Assembly: GCA_947567425.1 (NCBI GenBank) | Contig: CANOLV010000016.1 | Span: forward strand, 246 to 64,245 | Direction of reading: 5' to 3' | Length of the DNA: 64,000 nucleotides | DNA from: an uncultured Porphyromonadaceae bacterium | Lineage (GTDB): Bacteria; Bacteroidota; Bacteroidia; Bacteroidales; Muribaculaceae | Shown: positions 55,731 to 64,000 of the stretch, in pieces | How the letters are laid out: each line of letters opens with the position of its first letter | Position numbering within the stretch: the first letter of the stretch is position 1 | The notes under the pieces: model-generated | What the model saw: only the letters and a program-made list of their open reading frames with translations | Told to the model about the DNA's origin: nothing | Databases searched by the model: none | Translations under genes and position numbers: made by a program

Positions 55731-56615
55731 ATGTCGCGTATTTGTTTAAAAGGAATGGGAGTGGCTCTGATCACTCCGTTTAAGCATGATAAATCGGTTG
55801 ATTATAATGCTCTTGCGCGCTTGCTCGAATATCAGGTGAAGAACGGGGTAGACTTCCTCGTGGTGCTTGGTACCACGGCCGAGACCGCTACCCTTGATGC
55901 CGAAGAAAAAGATGCTGTCAAGCGGTTTGTGGTCGATCGTGTCGCCGGACGTGTACCGTTGGTGATAGGCATCGGTGGCAACAACACCCACGCTTTGGTG
56001 AGGCAGTTGAAGTCCGAGGATCTGTCGGCTTACAGCGCGGTGCTTTCGGTGGTGCCGTGCTACAATAAACCTTCACAGGAGGGAATATACCAGCATTACA
56101 AGGCCATCGCGGAGGCTTCGCCGCTTCCGATAATCCTATATAATGTGCCCGGACGTACCGGTGTCAATATGACTGCGGAGACCACTCTGCGGTTGGCTCG
56201 CGATTTTGACAATATCATCGGTATAAAAGAGGCTTCAGGAAACTTTTCACAGATAGATGACATAATCAAGAATAAGCCCGAGGACTTCATGGTCATTTCC
56301 GGCGACGACGGCATCACATATCCGTTGATAACACTGGGCGCGGTCGGAGTCATATCTGTCATTGGCAATGCGTTTCCGAAGGAATTCTCCCGCATGGTGC
56401 GCATGGCTCTCGAAGGCGACTATACCAGAGCGCTTACCATACATCATCGCTTTACCGAGCTGTTCAGCCTGCTCTTTGTCGACGGTAATCCGGCCGGGGT
56501 AAAGTGTCTGCTGCATGCCATGGGATATATCGAGAATGAGCTGAGGCTGCCTCTTGTACCCACACGCATAACGACCTACGAGCGTATCCGGCAGGTGCTG
56601 GAAAAGCTCGCGTGA
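55731..56615 (+). CDS. dapA: 4-hydroxy-tetrahydrodipicolinate synthase
   Basis: GVALITPF, GTTAE and Schiff-base lysine context GIKEASGN. The start (55731 versus 55689/55755) is uncertain. Confidence 0.9.
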   Translation: MSRICLKGMGVALITPFKHDKSVDYNALARLLEYQVKNGVDFLVVLGTTAETATLDAEEKDAVKRFVVDRVAGRVPLVIGIGGNNTHALVRQLKSEDLSAYSAVLSVVPCYNKPSQEGIYQHYKAIAEASPLPIILYNVPGRTGVNMTAETTLRLARDFDNIIGIKEASGNFSQIDDIIKNKPEDFMVISGDDGITYPLITLGAVGVISVIGNAFPKEFSRMVRMALEGDYTRALTIHHRFTELFSLLFVDGNPAGVKCLLHAMGYIENELRLPLVPTRITTYERIRQVLEKLA

Positions 56616-56669
56616 AGAGGATGTCGTGAATAGATGGCAAAAATATTTGTCAAGTAAGGCAAAAAACAC

Positions 56670-56677
56670 TAACTTTG
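56670..56677 (+). promoter_or_regulatory. -7 promoter box (TAACTTTG) for tRNA-Arg
   Basis: 23 nt upstream of the tRNA 5' end. Confidence 0.5.
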
Positions 56678-56699
56678 CAAAAAAATAACTGAAAGGTGA

Positions 56700-56773
56700 G
56701 GTCCGGTAGCTCAGCTGGATAGAGCAACAGCCTTCTAAGCTGTGGGTCTTGGGTTCGAATCCCAACCGGATCA
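56700..56773 (+). tRNA. tRNA-Arg (anticodon TCT)
   Basis: Hand-folded cloverleaf. Acceptor GGTCCGG/CCGGATC (one G-U pair), D-arm GCTCAGCTGGATAGAGC, anticodon loop CTTCTAA and T-arm TTGGG-TTCGAAT-CCCAA. Discriminator A. No encoded CCA. Confidence 0.9.
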
Positions 56774-56777
56774 CACA

Positions 56778-56805
56778 AGGGTCACTTCCGAGTGGCCCTT
56801 TTTTC
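56778..56805 (+). terminator. Rho-independent terminator after the tRNA
   Basis: AGGGTCACT-tccg-AGTGGCCCT followed by T6. Confidence 0.75.
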
Positions 56806-56854
56806 GTTTGTGGAATAAGGTTTAAGATAATTTGCTTATTCCGATTATATTATA

Positions 56855-56862
56855 TATCTTTG
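56855..56862 (+). promoter_or_regulatory. -7 promoter box (TATCTTTG)
   Basis: 62 nt upstream of the ATG at 56924. Confidence 0.4.
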
Positions 56863-56923
56863 TGAAAATATTTAAAGGGAAGAATGGGGAATTTCTTCCG
56901 GATAAAACGTTATAATAAGCATT

Positions 56924-58888
56924 ATGAAATTAGAAGGACTAAAGCCCTTTTTAGTGCGCTATTTGAATTCATGGGTTATTCTATGTATTGACCTGACAGT
57001 GTCTTTTATAGCAAGTGCTCTGGCACTGGCTATGATTTCGTTGTTGGATAAAAGCTTGTTTGCTTCTGTGTCGTTGCCGGTGGTATGGCTCGGTGGCTCG
57101 GTTGTCGTGTCTGCTCTGAGCTTCTATCTGATGCATACATACAGGAGCGTTATCCGCCACACCACGCTTCGCGAGGTGGGACGTCTTTTTGCCGCAGTCC
57201 TTTCAAAAGAGGCGCTGATGCTCGTCCTTATGTTTACATTGCCGTGGCTTGCCGGACTGCGCATGCTCAGCGCGTTGGAGATCACGCTCCTTTTGGTGCT
57301 CGACGCCACATTGACGGCTACTGCCCTGCTTGTGCTTCGAGTGGCCATGGTGCTTGTCTACGACCGTATAAAAGGCAATATCCGCCGTCGTCAGAACACT
57401 CTGCGTGTGCTGGTTTACGGTGTCGGTGATAAGTCGGTGGCTTTGGTGCATCGTCTTGCACAGTCGCCCCACTATGATATAGTCGGATTCATCGAACCCG
57501 GTTCGGAGGCCAACAATAATACGATAGCCGGACGTCCGGTATATTATTATGACGGACTTTCCGGCCTAAAGGCATTGCGCGGCAGATATGATATTTCCGC
57601 CATCTTGTTTGCCAAGGAGGAGGACGGCCGTTCGGAGCAGGAGCGTCTTGTGAAGCATGCTGTCGATTCAGGCATGAAGGTGCTGATAGCTCCCCCCATC
57701 GACGAGGTCATTGACGGGCGTGTGATGAAGAACGGAGTCCGTGAAATCAAGATTGAGGATCTGCTCGGACGTGACGAGATTAAAATATCACTGGACGAGA
57801 TTCGTGCCGACTTTAAGGGAAAGACGATTCTTGTAACCGGTGCCGCCGGATCCATAGGGTCGGAACTATGCCGTCAGCTTGCCGGATTCGGTATCGGTAA
57901 ACTGGTCATGTTTGACAATGCCGAGACTCCGATGCACAATGTCCGTCTGGAATTTGAAGAGCGTTATCCGGATCTTGATTTTGTCCCGGTCATAGGCGAT
58001 GTCCGTATTCCTGCCCGTCTTGACTTTGTGTTCAGGAAATATCATCCCCATGTAGTGTTCCACGCCGCCGCTTATAAGCATGTGCCGTTGATGGAGGAGA
58101 ATCCGTGCGAGGCTGTGCTTGTCAATGTGGCCGGTTCGCGCAATGTTGCCGACAAGTGTCTTGAATATGGAGCTGAAAAGATGGTGATGATTTCTACCGA
58201 CAAGGCTGTTAATCCTACCAATATAATGGGTTGCACGAAACGTCTGGCCGAGATATATGTCCAGTCGCTGGGTCTGGCGCTCGCTTCGGGCGAGAGAAAG
58301 GGAAAGACCCGGTTCGTCACCACCCGGTTCGGCAATGTGCTTGGATCGAACGGATCTGTGATACCGAGGTTCCGCGAGCAGATTGCCAAGGGCGGTCCCG
58401 TGACCGTCACGCATCCCGAGATCACGCGCTTCTTTATGACCATTCCTGAAGCATGCCGTCTGGTGATGGAGGCCGCTACGATGACTACCGGCAACCAGAT
58501 TTTCGTATTCGACATGGGCGAATCCGTTAAAATCGCGGCTTTGGCAAAGCGGATGATCGAATTGGCCGGATTTGTGCCCGATAAGGACATCCGTATTGAG
58601 TATACCGGACTGCGCCCTGGTGAGAAACTGTATGAAGAGGTGCTGTCAAACACGGAGAACACCATACCTACCGACCATGACCGGATCAGAATAGCTAAAG
58701 TGCGCGAATATTCCCATGCTGATGCTTCTGGCACGGTAGACACCCTTGAAGAGCTGTCGCGTGCGGTTGAGATTCCGTCCATGGTGCGTTTGATGAAGCG
58801 TGTTGTGCCGGAGTTTAAATCCAAGAACTCTGTCTACGAGAAGTACGACCATGAACTTGACGAAGTGGCTGAATCCGTAGCCGATTGA
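56924..58888 (+). CDS. Membrane-anchored NDP-sugar 4,6-dehydratase/epimerase (CapD/WbpM/PglF family polysaccharide biosynthesis protein)
   Basis: 654 aa. Four N-terminal TM helices, then the Rossmann motif VTGAAGSIGSEL and the Polysacc_synt_2 core (YKHVPLME, STDKAVNPTN). Confidence 0.85.
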   Translation: MKLEGLKPFLVRYLNSWVILCIDLTVSFIASALALAMISLLDKSLFASVSLPVVWLGGSVVVSALSFYLMHTYRSVIRHTTLREVGRLFAAVLSKEALMLVLMFTLPWLAGLRMLSALEITLLLVLDATLTATALLVLRVAMVLVYDRIKGNIRRRQNTLRVLVYGVGDKSVALVHRLAQSPHYDIVGFIEPGSEANNNTIAGRPVYYYDGLSGLKALRGRYDISAILFAKEEDGRSEQERLVKHAVDSGMKVLIAPPIDEVIDGRVMKNGVREIKIEDLLGRDEIKISLDEIRADFKGKTILVTGAAGSIGSELCRQLAGFGIGKLVMFDNAETPMHNVRLEFEERYPDLDFVPVIGDVRIPARLDFVFRKYHPHVVFHAAAYKHVPLMEENPCEAVLVNVAGSRNVADKCLEYGAEKMVMISTDKAVNPTNIMGCTKRLAEIYVQSLGLALASGERKGKTRFVTTRFGNVLGSNGSVIPRFREQIAKGGPVTVTHPEITRFFMTIPEACRLVMEAATMTTGNQIFVFDMGESVKIAALAKRMIELAGFVPDKDIRIEYTGLRPGEKLYEEVLSNTENTIPTDHDRIRIAKVREYSHADASGTVDTLEELSRAVEIPSMVRLMKRVVPEFKSKNSVYEKYDHELDEVAESVAD

Positions 58889-58890
58889 TT

Positions 58891-60225
58891 ATGAATATAG
58901 CTGTTGTTGGCACCGGATATGTCGGACTCGTATCGGGCGCTTGTTTTTCCGAAATGGGCATTAATGTCACGTGTGTCGACATTGACAGTGCTAAGATCGG
59001 TCGGTTGGTCAATGGCGAGATTCCCATTTACGAACCCGGACTTTCCGATTTGGTGAAGCGTAACGTTGAGGCCGGCAGGCTTCATTTCACTACTGACTTG
59101 ACCTCGGTGCTTGACAGCGTCGATGTCGTGTTCTCGGCGGTAGGAACGCCTCCGGATGAGGATGGCTCGGCCGACTTGAAGTATGTGATGGAGGTGGCGC
59201 GTACATTTGGCCGAAATATCAATAAGTATACGATTCTTGTCACCAAATCGACTGTTCCCGTCGGGACGGCACGTAAGGTTAAGGCGGTAATTGAGGAAGA
59301 ACTTGCTCTGCGCGGTGTCGATGTGCCGTTTGAAGTGGCTTCCAATCCTGAATTTCTCAAGGAAGGGGCCGCGATAAAGGATTTTATGTCGCCCGACCGT
59401 GTAGTGGTAGGTGTTGAGTCGGAGCGTGCGCGTAAGGTGATGACCAAATTGTACAGGCCGTTCCTGACTAATAATTTCCGGGTATATTTTATGGATATTC
59501 CCTCGGCAGAGATGACGAAGTATGCCGCGAATGCCATGCTTGCCACACGCATATCGTTTATGAACGACATAGCCAACCTTTGCGACCTCGTCGGTGCCGA
59601 CGTCGATATGGTCAGGAAGGGTATCGGCACGGATGCGCGTATCGGGTCGAAGTTCCTTTATGCCGGTTGTGGATATGGCGGTTCTTGTTTCCCGAAAGAT
59701 GTCAAGGCGTTGGCCCGTACAGGTCGTGAAAACGGATATGTGATGGGTGTCATAGAGGCTGTCGAGGCGGTCAATGAACGGCAGAAGGAGATTGTGGTCG
59801 AGAAACTTCGTAACGCATTGGGAAGTCTGGCCGGAAAGACCGTGGCTATTTGGGGCCTTTCGTTCAAGCCGGAGACTGACGACATGCGCGAGGCTCCCTC
59901 GCTGGTGGTCATCGCTAAGCTGATTGAGGCGGGTGCTGCCGTCAAGGTGTATGATCCGGTGGCTATGCCCGAATGTAGGCGGCGTATCGGTGATGCTGTG
60001 ACTTATTGCAAGGATATGTATGATGCCGTGATGGATGCCGATGCATTGGCGCTCGTGACGGAGTGGAAGCAGTTCCGCGTCCCTTCATGGCCTGTGATGC
60101 GGAAAGTGATGCGCCCGCAGCTTTCTGTTGATGGCGCTATGCGGCCTGTGGTGGTCGACGGACGCAACATCTTTGACCGGGACGAAGTGCTCGAAAATGA
60201 TTTTACCTACATAAAGATTGGTTAA
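58891..60225 (+). CDS. ugd: UDP-glucose 6-dehydrogenase family protein
   Basis: ATG at 58891 (the track start 58885 is TTG). NAD fold VVGTGYVGLVSG and catalytic Cys block GGSCFPKD. Starts 2 nt after the capD-like stop. Confidence 0.9.
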   Translation: MNIAVVGTGYVGLVSGACFSEMGINVTCVDIDSAKIGRLVNGEIPIYEPGLSDLVKRNVEAGRLHFTTDLTSVLDSVDVVFSAVGTPPDEDGSADLKYVMEVARTFGRNINKYTILVTKSTVPVGTARKVKAVIEEELALRGVDVPFEVASNPEFLKEGAAIKDFMSPDRVVVGVESERARKVMTKLYRPFLTNNFRVYFMDIPSAEMTKYAANAMLATRISFMNDIANLCDLVGADVDMVRKGIGTDARIGSKFLYAGCGYGGSCFPKDVKALARTGRENGYVMGVIEAVEAVNERQKEIVVEKLRNALGSLAGKTVAIWGLSFKPETDDMREAPSLVVIAKLIEAGAAVKVYDPVAMPECRRRIGDAVTYCKDMYDAVMDADALALVTEWKQFRVPSWPVMRKVMRPQLSVDGAMRPVVVDGRNIFDRDEVLENDFTYIKIG

Positions 60226-62120
60226 CGGATCCTTATCCGGTGGGCCGTATGCTTCAACGACCGGAACGGTATGCCATGGACGGTCAGTGAGTCGGCGTAT
60301 CTGTCATGTCTGCGTATATGCAGGTTTGCGCTCAGAAGTATAGTGTCCGGTTTGAGTAGATTTGCCACGTCGATTACGTCCCCTTTGAATCCATTGCACA
60401 CCACTGCGTAGCCGGGGCTGCAGATGTATTTCCCCGAGAGGCAGGTGTCAGAGTCGACCATCAGGTAGCGGGTGCCGTGGATATCGATGAAGTTTTTGTT
60501 CAGTATGATGCCCGGCAGAGTGGCCGAGTCTGTAATCAGCGACAGTGAATCCAGTCCGCGCCGGCCCAGAAAGTCGCGGTGTCGGGTTATGCTCCTATCT
60601 TTTAGGTCAGATGCGATTTGTGGCGGGGCGAAGGCTATTATCGAAGCATTGTCGCCGTCGTAGTATATTATGGCTATATGGCGGCTGTCGCGCGGAATGA
60701 AGTATTCGCATTCCGGTCTGTCGGCGATTGTCGACGTCGGAATTATTATCATCGATGCCAGAACGCAGGCGGTCACCAGGCCGTATGTCCATCTGTTTCT
60801 GATCCGCAGACATAATGCGATGGCAAGAAGGCACATATAGTATGCCGCTATTGCAATGGGCTGCATATACAGATTTCGTATGACGGCTTTGGGCAGACTG
60901 CCTATTAATTCGGCGTAATTGTATGCGATGTTGTATATTTGGTCTATGATGCGGCATAACCACGTGGGGTCGCAGCCAAACTGTTCAAGAATTATAAGCA
61001 GGATGCCTCCGCCCATTATAGGAGGCATGAGCAATGCCGTAGGTATATTGGCCGGCAAAAAGTAGACCGGAAATGAGTGGAAATAGTAGGCCGACAGCAT
61101 GCCGGCTCCGGCCGTGGCGCATACCGACATTAGGGCGACCGCAAGGAGCGGCCTTAAGACTTTGTTTTTTAATCTGCCGTGCATCCGACCCGACGGCATG
61201 AACAGCAGTATGCACCCTACGGCCAGGAACGACATTTGGAATCCGGCGTCGAATAGTTGTGTCGGAGATGCCGCCAATATGATTATTGCGGCCAGCAGGA
61301 GGGCGTTGGCTGATACGTGGTGGCGTTGCAGTATATAGCCTCCGTACAGGCATGTGGCCATGATCACGGCACGCAGAACCGATGGCGACAGGCCGGTAAT
61401 GACTGCGTAGCCCCATAATAGAATGACGGTAAGGATCAGTCGGGCAGAGCGTTTGCGCAGCAGGATCAGCGGCATGGTCAGTATGGAGAGGGTGAACGCT
61501 ATGATGCCGACGTGCATGCCGCTTAATGCCAGGATGTGTGCTTGTCCGGCATCGGCAAAGGTCTGCCTGGTGTCGTCCGGAAGTGATGATTCGTCGCTCA
61601 GAAGAGCTGTAGCGAGAAATAGGGCACTTTCTTGCGACAGTGCGCTTCTTTTCAACAGAGCTATGCAGTGGCGCCGCATACCCTTTATCCTTGTCAGTAA
61701 TGACCTGTTTTTGGCGGTTATTTCTATATTTGAACCAGTGACGTAGCCTATAGCCGTTATACCCTCTGACTTCAGGTAGCCCGGATAGTCGAAAGCGTCC
61801 GGCGATGAGTCGTCATAGACCGGATATGCCAGTTTCGCGTGGATCGTCACACTGTCTCCCTCTTCAAATATGCTTCCAGTGGAGGTTACTGTCAGCCTTG
61901 CTTTGAATCCGGTAGACAGGCTGTCGAGCAGTTCTACGGTCAGCGAGTATCCTTTTTCCGACTCGACTGCTTCGCACACTCTGCCTGAGTATGAAGCTTT
62001 ACGGTCATAGAGCGCGGGCGTGGCAGGATCGAGCAGTCCGAAATATTTAAGCGCGACTATGACGGCAATAAGTAGTGTGGCCCATGGCAGCAGGGGCACA
62101 TAGGAGAGAGGAGGTCGCAT
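60222..62120 (-). CDS. comEC: ComEC/Rec2 family competence membrane protein
   Basis: 632 aa. N-terminal DUF4131-like OB region, then the multi-TM competence domain (HILALSGMHVGII). Confidence 0.8.
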   Translation of the reverse strand: MRPPLSYVPLLPWATLLIAVIVALKYFGLLDPATPALYDRKASYSGRVCEAVESEKGYSLTVELLDSLSTGFKARLTVTSTGSIFEEGDSVTIHAKLAYPVYDDSSPDAFDYPGYLKSEGITAIGYVTGSNIEITAKNRSLLTRIKGMRRHCIALLKRSALSQESALFLATALLSDESSLPDDTRQTFADAGQAHILALSGMHVGIIAFTLSILTMPLILLRKRSARLILTVILLWGYAVITGLSPSVLRAVIMATCLYGGYILQRHHVSANALLLAAIIILAASPTQLFDAGFQMSFLAVGCILLFMPSGRMHGRLKNKVLRPLLAVALMSVCATAGAGMLSAYYFHSFPVYFLPANIPTALLMPPIMGGGILLIILEQFGCDPTWLCRIIDQIYNIAYNYAELIGSLPKAVIRNLYMQPIAIAAYYMCLLAIALCLRIRNRWTYGLVTACVLASMIIIPTSTIADRPECEYFIPRDSRHIAIIYYDGDNASIIAFAPPQIASDLKDRSITRHRDFLGRRGLDSLSLITDSATLPGIILNKNFIDIHGTRYLMVDSDTCLSGKYICSPGYAVVCNGFKGDVIDVANLLKPDTILLSANLHIRRHDRYADSLTVHGIPFRSLKHTAHRIRIR

Positions 62121-62141
62121 GTGCTGTAGCCGGGAAGAATC

Positions 62142-62894
62142 CTATTCGTTCCAGATATTCCAGGATACGAATGCCTGGAGTAGGAGCATCTCAAGTCCAT
62201 TCTTCACCTCGGCGCCATGTTCCCGCGAACGCTTCATGAACAGGGTGACATCCGGATTGTAGAGGAGGTCGTAGCACAAGTGGTCCGGGGTGAGCTCAGA
62301 GTAGGGAATGTCGGGACATTCGTCGATGTGCGGATACATGCCAAGGGGAGTGGTATTGACTACGATCTTGTGCGACGACATTATTTCGGGTATAAGCTCC
62401 TGGTATGTGATGACGCCTTCACGTTTCGTGCGTGATACGTAGGTGGGTTCCACTCCAAGATTTATCAGTCCCTGGCGCACCGCTTTTGCCGCTCCCCCGG
62501 TGCCTAATATGAGGGCTTTGTCGCGCTTCGGTGTCAGCAACGGTTTTATCGAATCGCTGAATCCTATAATGTCCGAATTATATCCTTTGAATTTAAGTGA
62601 TCCTTTTTTCTTGATGAACTTGATGACGTTGACAGCGCCGATTTTCTTTGCGTCGTCGTCAATTTCGTCGAGATACGGCAATACCTGTTCTTTATATGGA
62701 ATGGTGACATTCAGTCCGCTAAGTGCGGGATATTCCGCCACCACCTCCATCAGGTCGCCGATGTCCGGTATCTCAAAGTTGAGGTACTGGGCACTTATGT
62801 TTTCAGCTTCAAACTTCTGGTTGAAGAAGTTTTGTGAAAACGAGTGCGTAAGCGGGTAGCCGATCAGTCCGAAAATTCGTTCATATTTGCCCAT
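62142..62894 (-). CDS. aroE: Shikimate dehydrogenase
   Basis: 250 aa. GLIGYPLTHSFS, NVTIPYK and GTGGAAKAV. Confidence 0.9.
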   Translation of the reverse strand: MGKYERIFGLIGYPLTHSFSQNFFNQKFEAENISAQYLNFEIPDIGDLMEVVAEYPALSGLNVTIPYKEQVLPYLDEIDDDAKKIGAVNVIKFIKKKGSLKFKGYNSDIIGFSDSIKPLLTPKRDKALILGTGGAAKAVRQGLINLGVEPTYVSRTKREGVITYQELIPEIMSSHKIVVNTTPLGMYPHIDECPDIPYSELTPDHLCYDLLYNPDVTLFMKRSREHGAEVKNGLEMLLLQAFVSWNIWNE

Positions 62895-62924
62895 GTGGTC
62901 GATGTATTATAAGGTTGCGTTTTA

Positions 62925-62932
62925 CAAAAGTA
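62925..62932 (-). promoter_or_regulatory. -7 promoter box (TACTTTTG) for aroE
   Basis: 31 nt upstream of the ATG at 62894. Confidence 0.5.
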
Positions 62933-63058
62933 CGCATTTTATGGAATTATTGTACACCTTTTGTGGTAAAACTTATGCGGGAAACATAAAAAATAAGGTC
63001 TCCGTCTCCGGAAACCTTATTCTTATAGTATTGCGATAAAACGCTTTAGCAAGACTGA

Positions 63059-63313
63059 TTACTTTTTCTTGCGGTTGCCGTAGCGGCTCATGAACTTATC
63101 AACGCGTCCGGCAGTGTCGACGAGCTTCTGCTTGCCGGTAAAGAACGGATGAGATGCGCTTGTGATTTCAAGCTTAACCAAAGGATAAGTAACGCCATCT
63201 ACTTCAATAGTCTCTTTGGAGGCTACAGTGGAACGAGTAATGAAGATTTCGTCGTTTGACATATCTTTGAACACTACTTCGCGATAGTTGGAAGGATGGA
63301 TGTCTTGTTTCAT
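63059..63313 (-). CDS. rpmE2: 50S ribosomal protein L31, type B (no CxxC zinc ribbon)
   Basis: 84 aa, [15 protein letters not shown]...HPFFTGKQK, lacking the Cys pairs. Confidence 0.9.
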   Translation of the reverse strand: MKQDIHPSNYREVVFKDMSNDEIFITRSTVASKETIEVDGVTYPLVKLEITSASHPFFTGKQKLVDTAGRVDKFMSRYGNRKKK

Positions 63314-63387
63314 CGTTTTATTATTTTAATCGTTATTGTTCAGAATTAATAAATTACGCTGGTAAGGCGATAATTCGTAATGGCGTG

Positions 63388-63395
63388 CAAATTTA
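63388..63395 (-). promoter_or_regulatory. -7 promoter box (TAAATTTG) for rpmE2
   Basis: About 75 nt upstream of the ATG at 63313. Confidence 0.4.
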
Positions 63396-63435
63396 CGAAT
63401 TTTAGTTGTTCTGACAAAACTTTCACGCAAAATTG

Positions 63436-64000
63436 TTACTCAAATTCTACTAATACGGCTTCTGTGCCAACCACTTCGTCCGGTTTTACGAATATGCGCT
63501 TGATGGTGGCGTCATGTTCTGCCTGAACGTCGTTCTCCATCTTCATTGCTTCGTAGGTCAGGATGGTGTCGCCTTTCTTGACTTTGTCGCCGGCTTTATA
63601 GTTGACCGCGATGATGCGGCCTCCCATCGGAGCCACGAGGGTCGGGCCGGTGATAGGCTCTTCGGCTTTGGCCTCAACCTTGACCTCTTCCTGTTTGGGC
63701 TTGTTGGCTTCGGAAGCTTTTTCCCATTCTTCGGCACGGCGTTTGCGCAGGAATGTGTTGGCCACGGAGGGAAGAAGTTCCAGAAGGAGGTATTCTTCAT
63801 CGTTTTTGGCCAATTTCACTCCGCCCATGTCGTCGAGGGTGGGGTTTTCGGGTTTCTTGTATTTGGTGACGTCGTAGGCTTTCTCTATCGGACTGCCGGT
63901 AATCTTTTCGCGGAATTCGGCGGTCACGGGAACGGGAGTATGTCCGTATTCTCCCTTTACGAGCGAGATGAACTGGTTTGACGGATTTGAATAGTCGGGA
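63436..64000 (-). CDS. Biotin-dependent decarboxylase/carboxylase alpha-type subunit, C-terminal part (oxaloacetate decarboxylase alpha / pyruvate carboxylase subunit B-like); 5' end outside the window
   Basis: C-terminal biotinyl domain with the EAMKMEN biotin-lysine motif. The frame stays open upstream of the track start (63927 is GTG) to the window edge (..VKGEYGHTPVPVTAEF..). Confidence 0.75.
   Translation of the reverse strand, partial: PDYSNPSNQFISLVKGEYGHTPVPVTAEFREKITGSPIEKAYDVTKYKKPENPTLDDMGGVKLAKNDEEYLLLELLPSVANTFLRKRRAEEWEKASEANKPKQEEVKVEAKAEEPITGPTLVAPMGGRIIAVNYKAGDKVKKGDTILTYEAMKMENDVQAEHDATIKRIFVKPDEVVGTEAVLVEFE

Noticed and set aside
56700-58888. The tRNA-Arg as an integration site for the downstream capD-like/ugd genes.
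   Set aside because: There is no integrase, no direct repeat of the tRNA 3' end downstream, and the composition of the downstream genes looks native.
1-64000. Mobile elements, prophage, integrase, transposase, toxin-antitoxin or known defence-system genes.
   Set aside because: None of the ORF translations shows recombinase (R..H..R..Y), DDE transposase, phage structural, or known defence (restriction, Cas, CBASS, retron RT) motifs. The two AT-rich islets lack any mobility gene within this window.

Overview
This is a 64-kb chromosomal window from a Bacteroidota (Bacteroidales-type) genome. Supporting signs are a SusC/SusD locus, T9SS C-terminal sorting domains, an rpmB-rpmG-DUF4295 operon, TAnnTTTG -7 promoter boxes and no Shine-Dalgarno sites. 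About 50 protein genes and one tRNA-Arg(TCT) can be supported. Most is housekeeping: obg, pgeF, pfp, nrnA-like, glmM, htrA, ettA, def, ruvX, menD, rpmB/rpmG, dnaB, rsfS, ftsH, dapA, aroE, rpmE2, comEC, ugd and a capD-like gene. I saw no rRNA, CRISPR array, transposase or integrase. Several accessory or unusual segments stand out:

1. At 44.8-47.1 kb lies a visibly AT-rich array of four paralogous ~145-aa proteins of unrecognised family. They are arranged A-B-A'-B', bracketed by 36-bp direct repeats, and contain a ~147-bp duplicated block. This is a candidate orphan poly-immunity or novel cassette.
2. A SusC gene is split by an in-frame 93-nt insertion that carries a TAG stop and is flanked by 8-bp direct repeats.
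3. A minus-strand cluster links polysaccharide-export genes (Wza-like, Wzz) to a translationally coupled operon of GlsA/GlsB-like glycine-lipid acyltransferases, a Wzi-like barrel and a lipocalin-like lipoprotein.
4. An AT-rich islet carries a C10 (streptopain-like) cysteine peptidase plus a Cys-rich lipoprotein.
5. A perfect FNR-type box (TTGAT-N4-ATCAA) sits between a Crp/Fnr regulator gene and a BspA-like LRR/T9SS surface-protein gene.
6. A ~490-bp intergenic region contains nested helices of unknown function.

All functional calls come from reading motifs in the supplied translations; no database search was run.
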